A stretch of DNA of 64,000 bases from Eimeria praecox (Eukaryota), in assembly GCA_963920595.1 (NCBI GenBank), contig OY986948.1, positions 1,612,001 to 1,676,000 of the forward strand, written 5' to 3'. The notes beneath the pieces are model-generated. The model was not told where the DNA came from and did not search any database. It worked only from the letters and a program-made list of their open reading frames with translations. The translations under genes and the position numbers were made by a program. This document shows, piece by piece, positions 49,034 through 61,849 of the stretch (its first letter is position 1; each line of letters starts with the position of its first letter).

Positions 49034-49331
49034 GTATATTTTTTCAGGGATAAGTCGCGGTCGTCTTCAACGTTGGTGTGTCTCCGCAACATCTTTGATA
49101 TATCGTCGGGGTGTACAGACAGCTGTAGATTTGTTAATAAGTAATTTAATTATATTTTTTGAATCTCCAGATGATTGTTGTATTTGTTTATCTATTCTAC
49201 ATCCGCATTATCGTTCTCTACCAAAAAAGAAATGTAAAATATGTAGAAATAAATTTCATACGGAGTGTATATACAGATGGTTTACTACCTCAGGTAAAAC
49301 AAACTGCCCCCTATGTCAGTCTCCTTTCTAA
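37958..49331 (+). CDS. LTN1: Listerin / LTN1 E3 ubiquitin ligase (ribosome quality control), ~3100-3180 aa
   Basis: Exons 37958-45830 (possible in-frame intron 39909-40127), 46009-47100, 47793-47880, 48109-48314, 49048-49331. N-terminal [13 protein letters not shown] and [34 protein letters not shown]; an RWD-like exon; C-terminal [41 protein letters not shown]. Confidence 0.92.
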
Positions 49332-49494
49332 TTAGTTTATTTATATTTAATTTTATTTATTTATTTTGTTATTTATTTAGTTATTTATTGTTGTTGGTGT
49401 TGCTGTTGTTGGTAGTATTTGCTTCTTTTTTTTCTTTCTTTTTCTTCTTTTTCGGGTTTCTTCAATGCAAACAAACAAACAAACAACAAGAAAT

Positions 49495-49548
<54 letters not shown>

Positions 49549-49680
49549 TGTATATATATATATATATATATATACATCTATATATAGAGATAGAAAGATA
49601 GATAGATATAGATATATAGGTAGATATATAGATATATATCTAGATAGATATACATATAGATACAGATAGACACACACACG

Positions 49681-49720
<40 letters not shown>

Positions 49721-49870
49721 GTTTCTTGGTGCTGTTGGTTGTACATACACTCCAACATTGAGAGGAAAATTCTCTCGATGTATTTGCCTTAGACAAAAAC
49801 ATCAAAAACTTCTCTGCATAGAAATATTCTCTCTCCCTAAGAAGAAGAAAAAAAAAGAAACAAATATATG

Positions 49871-49916
49871 ATGATGTGTACGTACACCTCATCATGATGA
49901 GGTGTACGTACACCTC

Positions 49917-49918
<2 letters not shown>
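49871..49918. repeat. Nested palindrome (38-bp perfect core at 49876-49913)
   Basis: GTGTACGTACACCTCATCA|TGATGAGGTGTACGTACAC; it extends to 48 bp with one mismatch. Confidence 0.95.
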
Positions 49919-50008
<90 letters not shown>

Positions 50009-50387
50009 CTTACTTTTTCATTTAACTAATGCAGTCTTAAGGCTGGATTTGATGAATACAAACCATGTATATTATATTTTATTTAGTTTAGATTTCATTT
50101 ATATATTTTATCTATTATTATAATATATTTTATTTATATATTTTATCTATTATAACCTAACTCTTTACATTACAAAACAGTATAAACATTGTTTATTAAA
50201 TTATATTTATTGAAGAATAATTTAATCTATTTTCTGTTTATTTTATACAACAGTTTGTCTGTATCTACACTCTGTACTGATAGATGAGACACCTTAGAAA
50301 CAAGAAACAGCAGAGCTTGCTTGAGTTAAACATATATAGAATATATACATATTTGATTCTATAATATATATTAGATAGATGATATAG

Positions 50388-50468
<81 letters not shown>

Positions 50469-51232
50469 TTGGGCTGTTGTTAGCTTCGCAGCCCTGTCTG
50501 ATATCATTTGTCTTCTTTAAGAGATCAATCTTCGAAATAAAATAAAAATAATAATTTTAATAATAATAATAATAATAATTATTATTATTATTAGGAAGAT
50601 AATAATTATTATTCGTAGTATAATAATAATAATTATTATTATGAATATAGTGTAGTGGTGGGGGAGGCTGTGAGAAGCCCCAATCTTGTCGATGTATAAA
50701 AACCGCTTTCTATATAATCTTGAAATTGTTTGTGTTTTTACGATAATTTAAGAAATAAAATAAAGAATAATAAATAAAATAAACAAAAAAATTAAATAAT
50801 TAATATATATTTGTATTTAAGATCTACTACAGACAAATCATAATTGTATGAGTTTGTTTATTTCACGAAGCATCGACATGATCTAGAGGTAAGAAGAAGA
50901 TATTTATGTTTTTTTTTTCTTATTTTATGTTTAATTTTAATTTTAATTACGAATAAATCATAAAAATTATTATTTTAATGGTATTTATTTAAACCCCGAA
51001 TATCTACCACCTACCCCCACATTGTGCGTGCATTCATATTATACACCTGAAGAAAGAAAGACTGAGTGTTATGATACTTTGTGTGTATATATTGTTAAAT
51101 ATATATTATTTAATGTTTTTCTTTTGTATTTTATGTTTTAATTAGGTTTTTTCTCTTCGAATTCAACATTATATATAATTTAAACTGAGGTTTCCGCATC
51201 CTTTCTCTGTATATTTATCATACACAACAACG

Positions 51233-51632
51233 ATGGTGTGTACGGCAACAACCAATGGCGTTTATGAATGCCGTCAAACACCATCAAAACATTTAATACT
51301 TGTTTTAGATTTCGGATCACAATTCTCTCGATTAATTGTTCGAAGAATTCGCAGTATTGGAGTGTATTCGGAGCTTCTATCTTGTACAGCAACTGTTAAG
51401 GTATGTAGGTTTATTGTTTATATAAGAGTTTATTGCAACATCGTTCTCGAGTGGATTTACGTTTGTTTGTGTTTGTAATGTGAATGTTATTACCCTCCTT
51501 CTCCCTCTCCCTCTCTCTCTGTCTGTCTGTCTGTCTGTCTGTTTATTTGTCTATCTATCTATACACCTTGTTAATAAAGAGAGCGAGAGAGATATAATAA
51601 AGTTGAATAGAAGTAAGTATGTAGTGATATAC

Positions 51633-51671
<39 letters not shown>

Positions 51672-52123
51672 TATATATATATATATTGTAGGTTTTCTGT
51701 TTTTTTTTCTGGTGTATATACACACAGGAGATATCTTCTATACGGCCTTCAGGCGTAATTCTAAGCGGAGGTCCTTCGTCTGTATATGAAGAAGGAGCAC
51801 CACATTTAAATAAAGATGTGTGGGATTTGTTATTAGATAAACATATACCTATTTTAGGTATATGTTATGGTATGCAAGAGATTGTATATCAACTTGGAGG
51901 GCGTGTAGTTAGTAGCAGTACGAGAGAATATGGTAAGACCATTGCTTCTTTATCTTCTTTATCTGATGATGGTGTGTCTCCTCCTATGGATGAAGCAGCA
52001 GCAGCAGCTGCAGCAGCAGCAGCAACTGCTGCTGCTGATGCAGCAGAAGAAAACGCGGAAAACCCATGGCCTGTACCTGCAGCACATGCTGCAGCAGCAG
52101 CAGCAGCAGCTACAGCAGCAGGA

Positions 52124-52156
<33 letters not shown>

Positions 52157-53237
52157 AATCTGGGAGATCTGTTCTATGGTATAGATAAAAATATTCAAGT
52201 TTGGATGTCTCATGGGGATAAGGTTGAAGAACTACCTCCCTCATTTGTTGTATGTTTTCATGTTTATTTATTTTATTTATTTATTTATTTTGTTTGTTTG
52301 TTTGTTTGTTTGTTTGTTTGTTTGTCTTCTCTGTTTGTTTGTTTGTTTTATTTTTTATTGTGTTTGCTTGTTTCTGCTCCTTTCTTTCTTTTTCACTCGT
52401 TTGTAGTATGTCTTCTTATCATTTATTTATTTATATTATATTATATTATATTATTTATTTATTTATTTATTTATTATTCTTTCTGTCTTCTTCACTCATT
52501 CGTAGTCTGTCATATCGCATGTATCTATGTATTTTACTTCATTAATTTATTGTATTTACTACTTTTTTAATGCATTTGATTAATATATTTAATTAATACA
52601 TTTAATTATTTATTGTCTTTCTTCTTTCTATTAATTATAATTATAATTATTATAATATATATAATATTATTGTAATAATTATACTTATTTTAATTTCTCC
52701 TCTCTTTTTTTTTATTTTATATTTAAAGACGATATGAGTAGATGCGTTTGTTTGTTTTAACAATCTAAACACAATAAAGATATATTTGTTTTAATATTTA
52801 TTTATATTCAGGCTCTAGCATCAACCTCATCTTGTCGTTATGTAGCAGCAGCAGATATTAATTTAGGTGTATATACACTCCAATTTCATCCTGAAGTTAC
52901 ACATACACCCTGCGGTGTATCTCTTCTTCGTAATTTTTTACAAAGAATATGTAAATTAAATTTTGAATGGAAGATGTTTAATTATGTGTCTTCACAAATA
53001 CAAAAACTTAAATATAATTATAATAATAAAACTATTGTAGGGGCTTTATCTGGAGGCGTAGATTCTACTGTTGCTGCTGCTCTTCTTCATCAAGCTGTTG
53101 GAGATAATTTCTTTGGTGTGTTCATCGATACAGGCTTACTCAGGTATTGTTACTTGTATATCTTCTTTATTTTATATAGTTTATTTAGTATATTTTCTAT
53201 ATATATATAGATACATATATGTATATTAGTATATCTT

Positions 53238-53275
<38 letters not shown>

Positions 53276-53580
53276 TAGTATATCTTCTTTAATTTTTCAA
53301 TAGTTTAATTAGTATATTTACTTCATTATATATATTACTATATCTTCTTTATTTTATATATTGTATTTAGTATATTTTCTTTACTTTATATATTTTAATT
53401 AGTATATTTTCTGTATATTATATATTTTAATTGGTATATTTTCTTTATTTTATATATTTTAATTAGTGTATTTACTTTATTTTTATATATTTTAATTAGT
53501 ATATTTAATCTTTTATCTTTTATGGTGGAACTGTATATAATTTTATACTTTAGAAATGTATTCATGCTGCTGCTGCTGCT

Positions 53581-53617
<37 letters not shown>

Positions 53618-53745
53618 TGCTGCTGCTGCTGCTGCTTGCTGCTGTTAGTGCTAGTTATCCTGTTGCTGTTTCTTTCTGCTGATAGAAGTGATGCTGCTGC
53701 TCTCTCTGCTGCTGTTGCTGCTGCTGTTGCTGCTGCTGCTGTTGC

Positions 53746-53797
<52 letters not shown>

Positions 53798-53920
53798 CTA
53801 GCTGCTGTTGCTGCTACTGTTTCTTGCATGAATGCTTCACGCTAAGGTTTTAGGGTTTAGGGTTTTAAGGGTTTATATGTTTAAGGGTTTATATTATAAA
53901 GGGCTTATAATGATGTTATT

Positions 53921-53995
<75 letters not shown>

Positions 53996-55868
53996 TATAT
54001 GTGTATGTATAGGAAGAACGAAGCAGAAGATACGTTAAAAGAATTAAAAGAATGTTTTCCTAATATATCAATTGAGTGTATTGACGCTAGCGATAAATTT
54101 TTTAAAAATTTAGAAAATGTAATTGATCCAGAAAAAAAAAGAAAAATTATTGGTAGTTTGTTTGTTGAAGTTTTTGAAGAAACACTCAAAAAAAAAAATA
54201 TATCCCCTAAAGGAACAATGCTGTTACAAGTACGTAAACCCTAAACCCTAGTTAACCCTAGTAAACCCTAATTAACCCTAGCAAACCCTAATTAACCCTA
54301 GCAAACCCTAATTAACCCTAGCAAACCCTAATTAACCCTAGCAAACCCTAATTAACCCTAGCAAACCCTAATTAACCCTAGCAAACCCTAATTAACCCTA
54401 GCAAACCCTAGCAAACCCTACCAAACCCTAGCAAACCCTACCAAACCCTAGTAAACCCTACCAAACCCTACCAAACCCCAATAAATCCTAGCAAAGCCTA
54501 ATAAACCCTAGCAAACCCTAGCAAACCCTAGCAAACCCTACCAAACCCTACCAAACCCTAGCAAACCCTAGCAAACCCTACCAAACCCTACCAAACTCTA
54601 ATAAACCCGACCAAACCCTAACCAAACCCTAGCAAACCCTATCAACCCCTAGCAAGCCCTAGCAAACCTGAATGAACCCTACCAAACCTGAATAAACCCT
54701 AGCAGACCCGAATAAACCCTAGTAAACCCTACCAAACCTTAATAAACCCTAGCAAACCCTAATAAACCCTAGTAAACCCTAGCGAACCCTAATAAACCCT
54801 AGGAAACCCTAAGGAATCCTAATAAACCCTACTGAATCATATGAAACCTACTAAACCCTAGCAAGCCCTAATAAACCCTAGTAAACCCTAGCGATAAACC
54901 CTAGTAAACCCTAATTAACCCTACTTGTAAACCCTACTAAACCCTATTAAACCCTGATTAACCGTAATAAACCCCAATAAACCCCCCCACTATAATGCCC
55001 TCATAAACCCTATCACTACTAACCCTAACACACTTTACTGTTAAACCCTCATAAACCCTAAACCCTAGACCCTTATATTACTACTAAGCCCTAGCACTAC
55101 TAAACCCTAGTAAGCCTAAACCCTAATACTTAACCCTACTACTAAACCCTACTAAATCCTAATACTAAACCCAACTAAACCCTAATACTAAACCCTAATA
55201 CTAAACCCTAATACTAAACCCTATCACCTCCAAACCCTAGTCAACTGTAGTAGTGCTAAGCCCTAGTTAACCCTCCTACTAAACCTTCCTAATAAAACCC
55301 TATTAAACTATCGTTGAGCCTACTACTAAACCCTAATAAATCCTGCTACTAAACCCTAAACCCTAAACCCCAAACCCTAAACCCTAGACCCTTCCAAATC
55401 CCAATCTCTAACCCCTGAACCCTAATACTAACCCCCCCTAAGCTTTCCATCATTTGTATGATCGACTGTCTACTCTGTGCATATCCTATGGGCTTCGAGT
55501 TTAGGTTTCTAGGGTTTAGGGTTTAGGGTTTAGGGTTTAGGGTTTAGGGTTTTTCTGTATGTTGTTTGTATATAGGGTGCATTGTACCCTGATATTATAG
55601 AGTCTGTATCTCTCTTATACAAGACCTTCACACACACAGTTAAACCCCATCTTTAGGGTTTAGGGTTTAGGGTTTAGGGTTTAGGGTTTAGGGTTTAGGG
55701 TTTGTGTATGTTGTTTGTTTATAGGGCACCTTGTACCCTGATGTAATTGAGTCTGTCTCCTTTAAGGGGCCATCACACACAATTAAAACACACCATAATG
55801 TTGGGGGTTTACCCGAGAGAATGCAATTAGAGGTGTTAGAGCCTCTTAGAGAATTGTTTAAAGGTAGA

Positions 55869-55920
<52 letters not shown>

Positions 55921-55967
55921 GTTATTATTATTATTATTATTAGTGTTGTGTATAATTGAATAAACAA

Positions 55968-56015
<48 letters not shown>

Positions 56016-57107
56016 ATATAGATGAAAGTAACGGCAATGGGGGACAGAGAGGGATAGATTTAGAGAGACAGAGAGAGAGAAATATGTTGATGGAGATAGA
56101 CAGAGACAGACAGACAAAGAGAGACAGAGAGAGACAGAGAAAGACAGAGAGGGACAGAGGGAGACAGAGAGAGAGAAAGAGAGAGAAAGATAGAGACAGA
56201 GGGAGACAGAGGGAGACAGAGAGAGAAAGAGAGAGAGACAGAGAGAGAAAGAGAGAGAGAGACAGAGAGAGACAGAGAGAGAGAGACAGAGAGAGACAGA
56301 GGGAAATGGAGACAGGCAGATAGGCAAACAGACAGAGACGAAGGGACAGACAGACAAAGAGAGAGACAGAGATAGACAGACAGACAGAAGAAAGGTTTAG
56401 GGTTTAGGGTTTATGATATCTTTGCCTAAACCCTAAACCCTATTTTCCATCCAAATGTCGTTCCCCGTATCGTTCATCTATGATATTCAGTCAATAGCCT
56501 ATGTCTAGGGTCTAGGGTTTAGGGTTTAGGGTTTAGGGTTTAGGGTTTGTGTTGTGTGGGTTGTATGTACCGCATCGTTCATCTACAACATTCCTTCAGT
56601 AACCTATATCTAGGGTTTAGGGTTTAGGGTTTAGGGTTTGTGGGGTGTGGGGTGTGGGGTGTATGTACAGATGAAGTAAGAGCTATGGGCAGGGAGCTCT
56701 CACTACCTGAGAGCCGTATAATGCGTCACCCCTTCCCGGGACCGGGATTGGCGGTGCGTATAATTGGCAGTGTAACTCGAGAAAGAGTGAAGATGCTGCA
56801 GGAAGCAGATTATATTTTTATTGAAGAAATACGAAAAGCGGGACTTTATGATAAAATCGCTCAGGTATTATAGTATTTAATATAATATAACAACCATATT
56901 ATTTGTTTAATTTATTCTATTTCATTTGTTTATTTATTTATTTATTTATTTGTTTATTTGTTTATTTTCTAGGGTTTATACACATATACATGTATGTATG
57001 TAGGTGTATGTACAGCTAAAGAAAGTTATACATACAAATCCTAGTCCTCCGATTCACAACAATTCAACACTCGATAGAATTACATTCTTCTACTTATGAA
57101 AGACTTA

Positions 57108-57176
<69 letters not shown>

Positions 57177-57535
57177 GCGTGTATATGTATATCTATCTAT
57201 ATCTATATCTGTATCTATATATCTATATCTATATCTATATCTATATCTATATCTATATCTATATCTATATATATATTTGTGTGTATTTACAGGCGTTTGT
57301 GGTGTTGCTCCCGGAGTGTCGTTCGGTTGGAGTGATGGGTGATGGGCGTAGCTACGAATGCGCCTGTGTTCTCCGTGCTGTGGAGACAGAAGATTATATG
57401 AGCGCATCATGGTTTAAGCTTCCTTACGAGGTATTAGAAACTGCAAGCTCAAGGATTACGAATGAAGTTAGAGGCATTAATAGAGTTGTTTATGATATAT
57501 CTTCTAAACCACCAGCAACCATTGAGTGGGAGTAA
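51233..57535 (+). CDS. guaA: GMP synthase (glutamine-hydrolysing), 604 aa, 7 exons
   Basis: Exons 51233-51400, 51728-52249, 52812-53143, 54013-54229, 55725-55863, 56671-56864, 57293-57535 (1815 nt). Motifs: [89 protein letters not shown]. Confidence 0.97.
54237..55710. repeat. Telomere-derived satellite in GMP synthase intron 4 (10/20-bp units), switching to the TTTAGGG orientation at ~55510
   Basis: (AAACCCTAATTAACCCTAGC)n at 54250-54410 decays into AAACCCTA+NN 10-mers, then (TTTAGGG)n. Confidence 0.92.
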
Positions 57536-58500
57536 ATACAATAGTATTATACATACAGAAACAAATATATATATAATATATATATTATATATATTATATA
57601 TAATATATATAATACCCTAAACCCTAAACAAAAACAACAGTTATAATATACTATGCTGCAACACAACAAGAACAGCAACAATTGCAGCAGCAGTGAGGGC
57701 AACACCAAAAGCCGTTGCTGCAGAAGAAATAACAGAAAAGAAACACTGCTAATAGCTGTGATAGAAGCAGCAGCAGCAACAGCAGCAGCATCGGCAACAG
57801 CAGCAGCAGCAACAGCAGGAGCAGCAACAGCAGCAGCAGCAACAGCAGCAGCAGCAACAGCAGCAGCAGAAGTTGGCTGCTTGTCTGAGGGTTTCGCAAG
57901 AGGGTTGTGTGCAAAGGGTTTTCGGGTGTATACGCACCTAACATCTTCACACCCGATACCCTGAAGCCTGCCCTGGCGCAGCTAAACCCCAAACCCTAAA
58001 CCCTAAACCCTAAACCCTAATAAACCCTAATAAACAAAAGATGCAGAGGAAACACTATGCATCTGATCGATATAATACAGCAAGAGCAGCAAACTGTTGC
58101 TGCTCCTGAGGCTTCCCTCTTACTCTAGCTGCAGCAGTCAGAAAGACCTCAGCAGCAGCAGGGAGGATATCCCCCGCGCTGCTGCTGCTGCTGCAGCAGC
58201 AGCAGCAGCAGCTGCTGCTGCTGCAGCTGCTGCTGCTGCTGCAGGGAGAGGAGGACGTCTCAATTTTCATTCTGAAGGAGATTATGCATGTTTTCTATCT
58301 TTGTCACTTCTTGGGTGTAGAGAAGAGTTTGTGTGGGGTACATAGAAACTACGGTGTACAGACACCGTAACAGGAAGAAGGGATTAAGGGGAGGGGGTAT
58401 ACCCCTAGCTTTTCTTCTCTCTTTCTTTGTAAGACGCTAGAGTTTGCTAGAGAGAGGCTCTCTCATGCTGTTAGCTCGGTTAGTGATATGAGTGAAAGGG

Positions 58501-58588
<88 letters not shown>

Positions 58589-59096
58589 AATAAAATCACC
58601 ACTAACGTATCTTGAATACGTGAGTGGGGATTTAATTAAGAATATATGAAGCACAGAGAATACAGATTTTGTAAGATATAATATTATTTTATACATATAA
58701 AGATATTACTGTCTTAGTAAGGAGGAGAGTTTGCTCCTTAGGTGCTCAGAGAGAGAGAAAGTATAGCAGGTATAGACCAAATTGAAGTTGAATAACACAA
58801 CTACAGGAATATTTTTAATATTTTAAAAACGTGTAATTCTTAATTAGAAGGATATTTCTTATTAAAGAATAAGAAGACCTTACCCGAGCTGTCTTGTATG
58901 ATCTAGCCAGCCTCAAATGAGGCAGAAGACAAACAGCACAAGCCGAGGGCGGTGGCTCGACACCAGCGGAGTGCTAGCGTGCCATATATCGTCTTTACAT
59001 CATCTGTAGATATATATTTAATGTTGGCTATGCAGGTAATTCCATGAAACTGTTAAATATTCTTCATTTCCTTCATTTTAGAATTATTAGAGTGTG

Positions 59097-59107
59097 GGAT
59101 TCGAACC
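59097..59107 (-). promoter_or_regulatory. Isolated Pol III B-box (GGTTCGAATCC) upstream of the SRP RNA gene
   Basis: Perfect B-box consensus in a T-arm-like GAGGG-TTCGAAT-CCCAC context; no surrounding cloverleaf. Confidence 0.5.
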
Positions 59108-59229
59108 CTCGTGACGCTGTGTGCTTGGCTGTGGAAGTGCGTGAAGTGCTATTCTAGGGTGTCCAGGGTCACCTGCACGTCAATAATGGGTGTTTGCCTA
59201 ATCTGAGTTGCGCCTGATAAACCAAGTCC

Positions 59230-59525
59230 GACCGGCGGGTGTGGCGTCCCGCTGTGATCTGAGCTTCTCAGAGGTCGGTTGGGGGGAGTGAGAAGAGTAC
59301 TGCATGGTGCCGGTGAGACACCAACGGTGTCGATCCGCCCCAGCAGCTCGGCAGCCCCGCGGGGTGTCTCCTGGAGGGGAGATGTCCCATGGGATGATGA
59401 GGTGCGGAACGCCTAAGGCTGGAAACAGAGCAGGGAAAAGTGCCCGCTGTGGAGCGGTGCTGGGATTACGGAACCATCGGTCTCGCAGGGCGACATGCAG
59501 CCTCTCTCACCACCCCCAACTTTTT
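59230..59525 (+). ncRNA. Signal recognition particle RNA (SRP/7SL RNA), ~295 nt
   Basis: Alu domain GACCGGCGGGTGTGGCGTCCCGC-TGTGA-TCTGAGCTTCTCAGA-GGTC with the UGUNR motif. Helix 5 ends GTTGGGGG/CCCCCAAC. Helix 6 GGGGTGTCTCCT-GGAG-GGGAGATGTCCC. Helix 8 CCTAAGGCTG-GAAA-CAGAGCAGG. T5 terminator at 59521-59525. Confidence 0.93.
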
Positions 59526-60750
59526 CTACGAGAAAATAATATATTATATATATAAGAATAGTTATTCCTCTTTGTTCACATATACATATATAAATAATTT
59601 TTTATTTATATATATATTTTATTTTATTCTAGTTTTTCTTTATTTTTTAAAAAAGAATTTCGGATATGTGGCTGGTGAAGTTGATTGTCACATCTCCCTC
59701 TATACTCCTGAAGCAAACCAACAGATAAATATGTTTAGAAAGCCTTCACAAATTTATTATTATAACCTCTTTATAATTTTACCTGCAGCTAATTATTTTA
59801 AGACCCTAAGAAAGTATTTTGCATGCACGCGATAGAGTGTAGGCTAAGCACTGCAGATTCTTTCCTGGTACAACTTCGATGAGTTGAGGTCTATCCTTCG
59901 AATGTCTTGAATTTAATTATTATTTTATGTGTTGTTTGCTGCATTCAAAGGAGAGAAGAAAGGATATTAAGCACCTCTCCTCCTCACTTTCTTTGTGTTT
60001 GTGCTTTCCTAGCATTTTCAGTCCTTTCTAATATAATATATTTATTTCTCACAACTCGATTCGATTGTTAAGATAATATAAACCTTAAAGGGAAACATTA
60101 GCTAATTACAAAATCAAATCAAATAATATGAATGGGGATAATAATAATAATAATGTAGATGATGATATACACTAAAGATAGATTCTTTTTCTCCTTGAAG
60201 CTGCAGTATATCTTCTTCTTGCTGTAGCGGCTGCTGTAAGACAGCAACAGCAGCAACCCCGCATGCAAGCTAACAATAACAATAAAAACTCTCCTTATAA
60301 ATATATGATATTGCAACGCCTGTTTCTGTCTCCTAGTCTGTCTCTGTCTCCTCCTCAGTGTCTCTTCTCCCTCTTCTTCACAATCTAACAATCAGCACAC
60401 AAATTTAAAAATATTTATTTAATATAAACAACTAAAGACAAATCAGGCAAACTCCTGCGGTGTACTTACAGCTTGGGCTGTTCTCTCCCTCGAGCATACC
60501 TGCAGCTCTGTATCTGTTGTATCTGTTGACTGTCTCTCTCTCTATCTTTCTCTCTCTCTCTCCTTGTCTGTCTCTGTCTCTGTCTCCTTATCTGTCTCTG
60601 CCTCTGTCTCCTTATCTGTCTCTGTCTCTGTCTCTTAGTCTGTCTCTGTCTCCCCCTCAGTGTCTCTCTTTCTCTGTCTCTTCTATTTCTGTCTCCTTCT
60701 CGAGCAGTACCTGTCTCCGCAGCCCTCTAAACCCTTTCCTTTGCATGCAT

Positions 60751-60837
<87 letters not shown>

Positions 60838-61033
60838 TCATCTGTCTCGATGTTCTTCTCTTTAATTATATTAGTAATTAAAACAAAATTATATTTTAAT
60901 AATCAGGGGAAATTCAACAACAAAAGAAATAGACAGACACTCCTTTACACCTCAAGCTAACCCCTCATACAACACCGAGGGCAAACATACAAATAATTAT
61001 ATATAGATAGATAGGCTCCACACTAGAAACTCT

Positions 61034-61350
61034 AGGGTTTAGGGTTTAGGGTTTAGGGTTTCTGATTCGAGGTTTTGTTTACACAGAGTTTATATATTAA
61101 CGCTTAGGGGTTAGGGGCTATTATTGAGGACTAAGGGTTTAGGGTCTGCTACTTTGAGGGTTTATGTCCTAGGGTTTAGGGTTTAGGGTTTAGGGTTTAG
61201 GGTTTAGGGTTTCTGATTTGAGGTTTTGTTTACACACAGTTTATATATTAACGTTTAGGGGTTAGAGGCTATGATTGAGGACTAAGGGTTTAGGGTTTGC
61301 TACTTTGAGGGTTTATGTCCTAGGGTTTAGGGTTTAGGGTTTAGGGTTTA
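61034..61350. repeat. 151-bp tandem duplication bounded by TTTAGGG arrays
   Basis: 61061-61170 and 61212-61321 are near-identical, each flanked by telomere-like repeats. Confidence 0.9.
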
Positions 61351-61794
61351 GGGCTTAGGATAGATAAGGGGTTATAAGGGCTGAGATGAGCTACTAAATT
61401 AAAGTTGTAAGAAAAAAGAGAAGGAGAGAGAGAAAGAGAAAAAGAAAGAAAGATAAATAAAAACAGAAAACAAAAAAACAGACAGAGGAAGAAGACAGAG
61501 AGATGTAATTGTATTCGTATTGTCTCCCTGTGCAATTCGTCCTCTCTCTGTCTCTCTCTCTCTGTCTCTCTGTCTCTGTCCGTCTCTGTCTGTCTCTGTC
61601 TCTCGGTCTCTCTGTCTCTGTCTCTGTCTCTGTCTCTCTCTGCTTGTCTCTGTCTCTCTCTGTCTCTCTCTGTCTTTCCCTCTCTCCCTTTGTCTCTCTG
61701 TCTCCCTCTGTCTCTGTCTGTCGCTTTCTCTCTCTGTCTCAAACAATCCATCTCTATATGTATGTCTGTATAGAGATGCATACATGTACCTCTG

Positions 61795-61849
<55 letters not shown>

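Noticed and set aside
57651..59010. Short ORFs and an exon-like minus-strand segment (~59004-58884)
   Set aside because: The segment has stops in all three frames. It could be UTR or lncRNA, but sequence alone gives no support.
59085..59170. Possible tRNA gene on the minus strand
   Set aside because: Only a T-arm-like motif is present; there is no D-arm, anticodon arm or good acceptor stem. Reported as a B-box instead.
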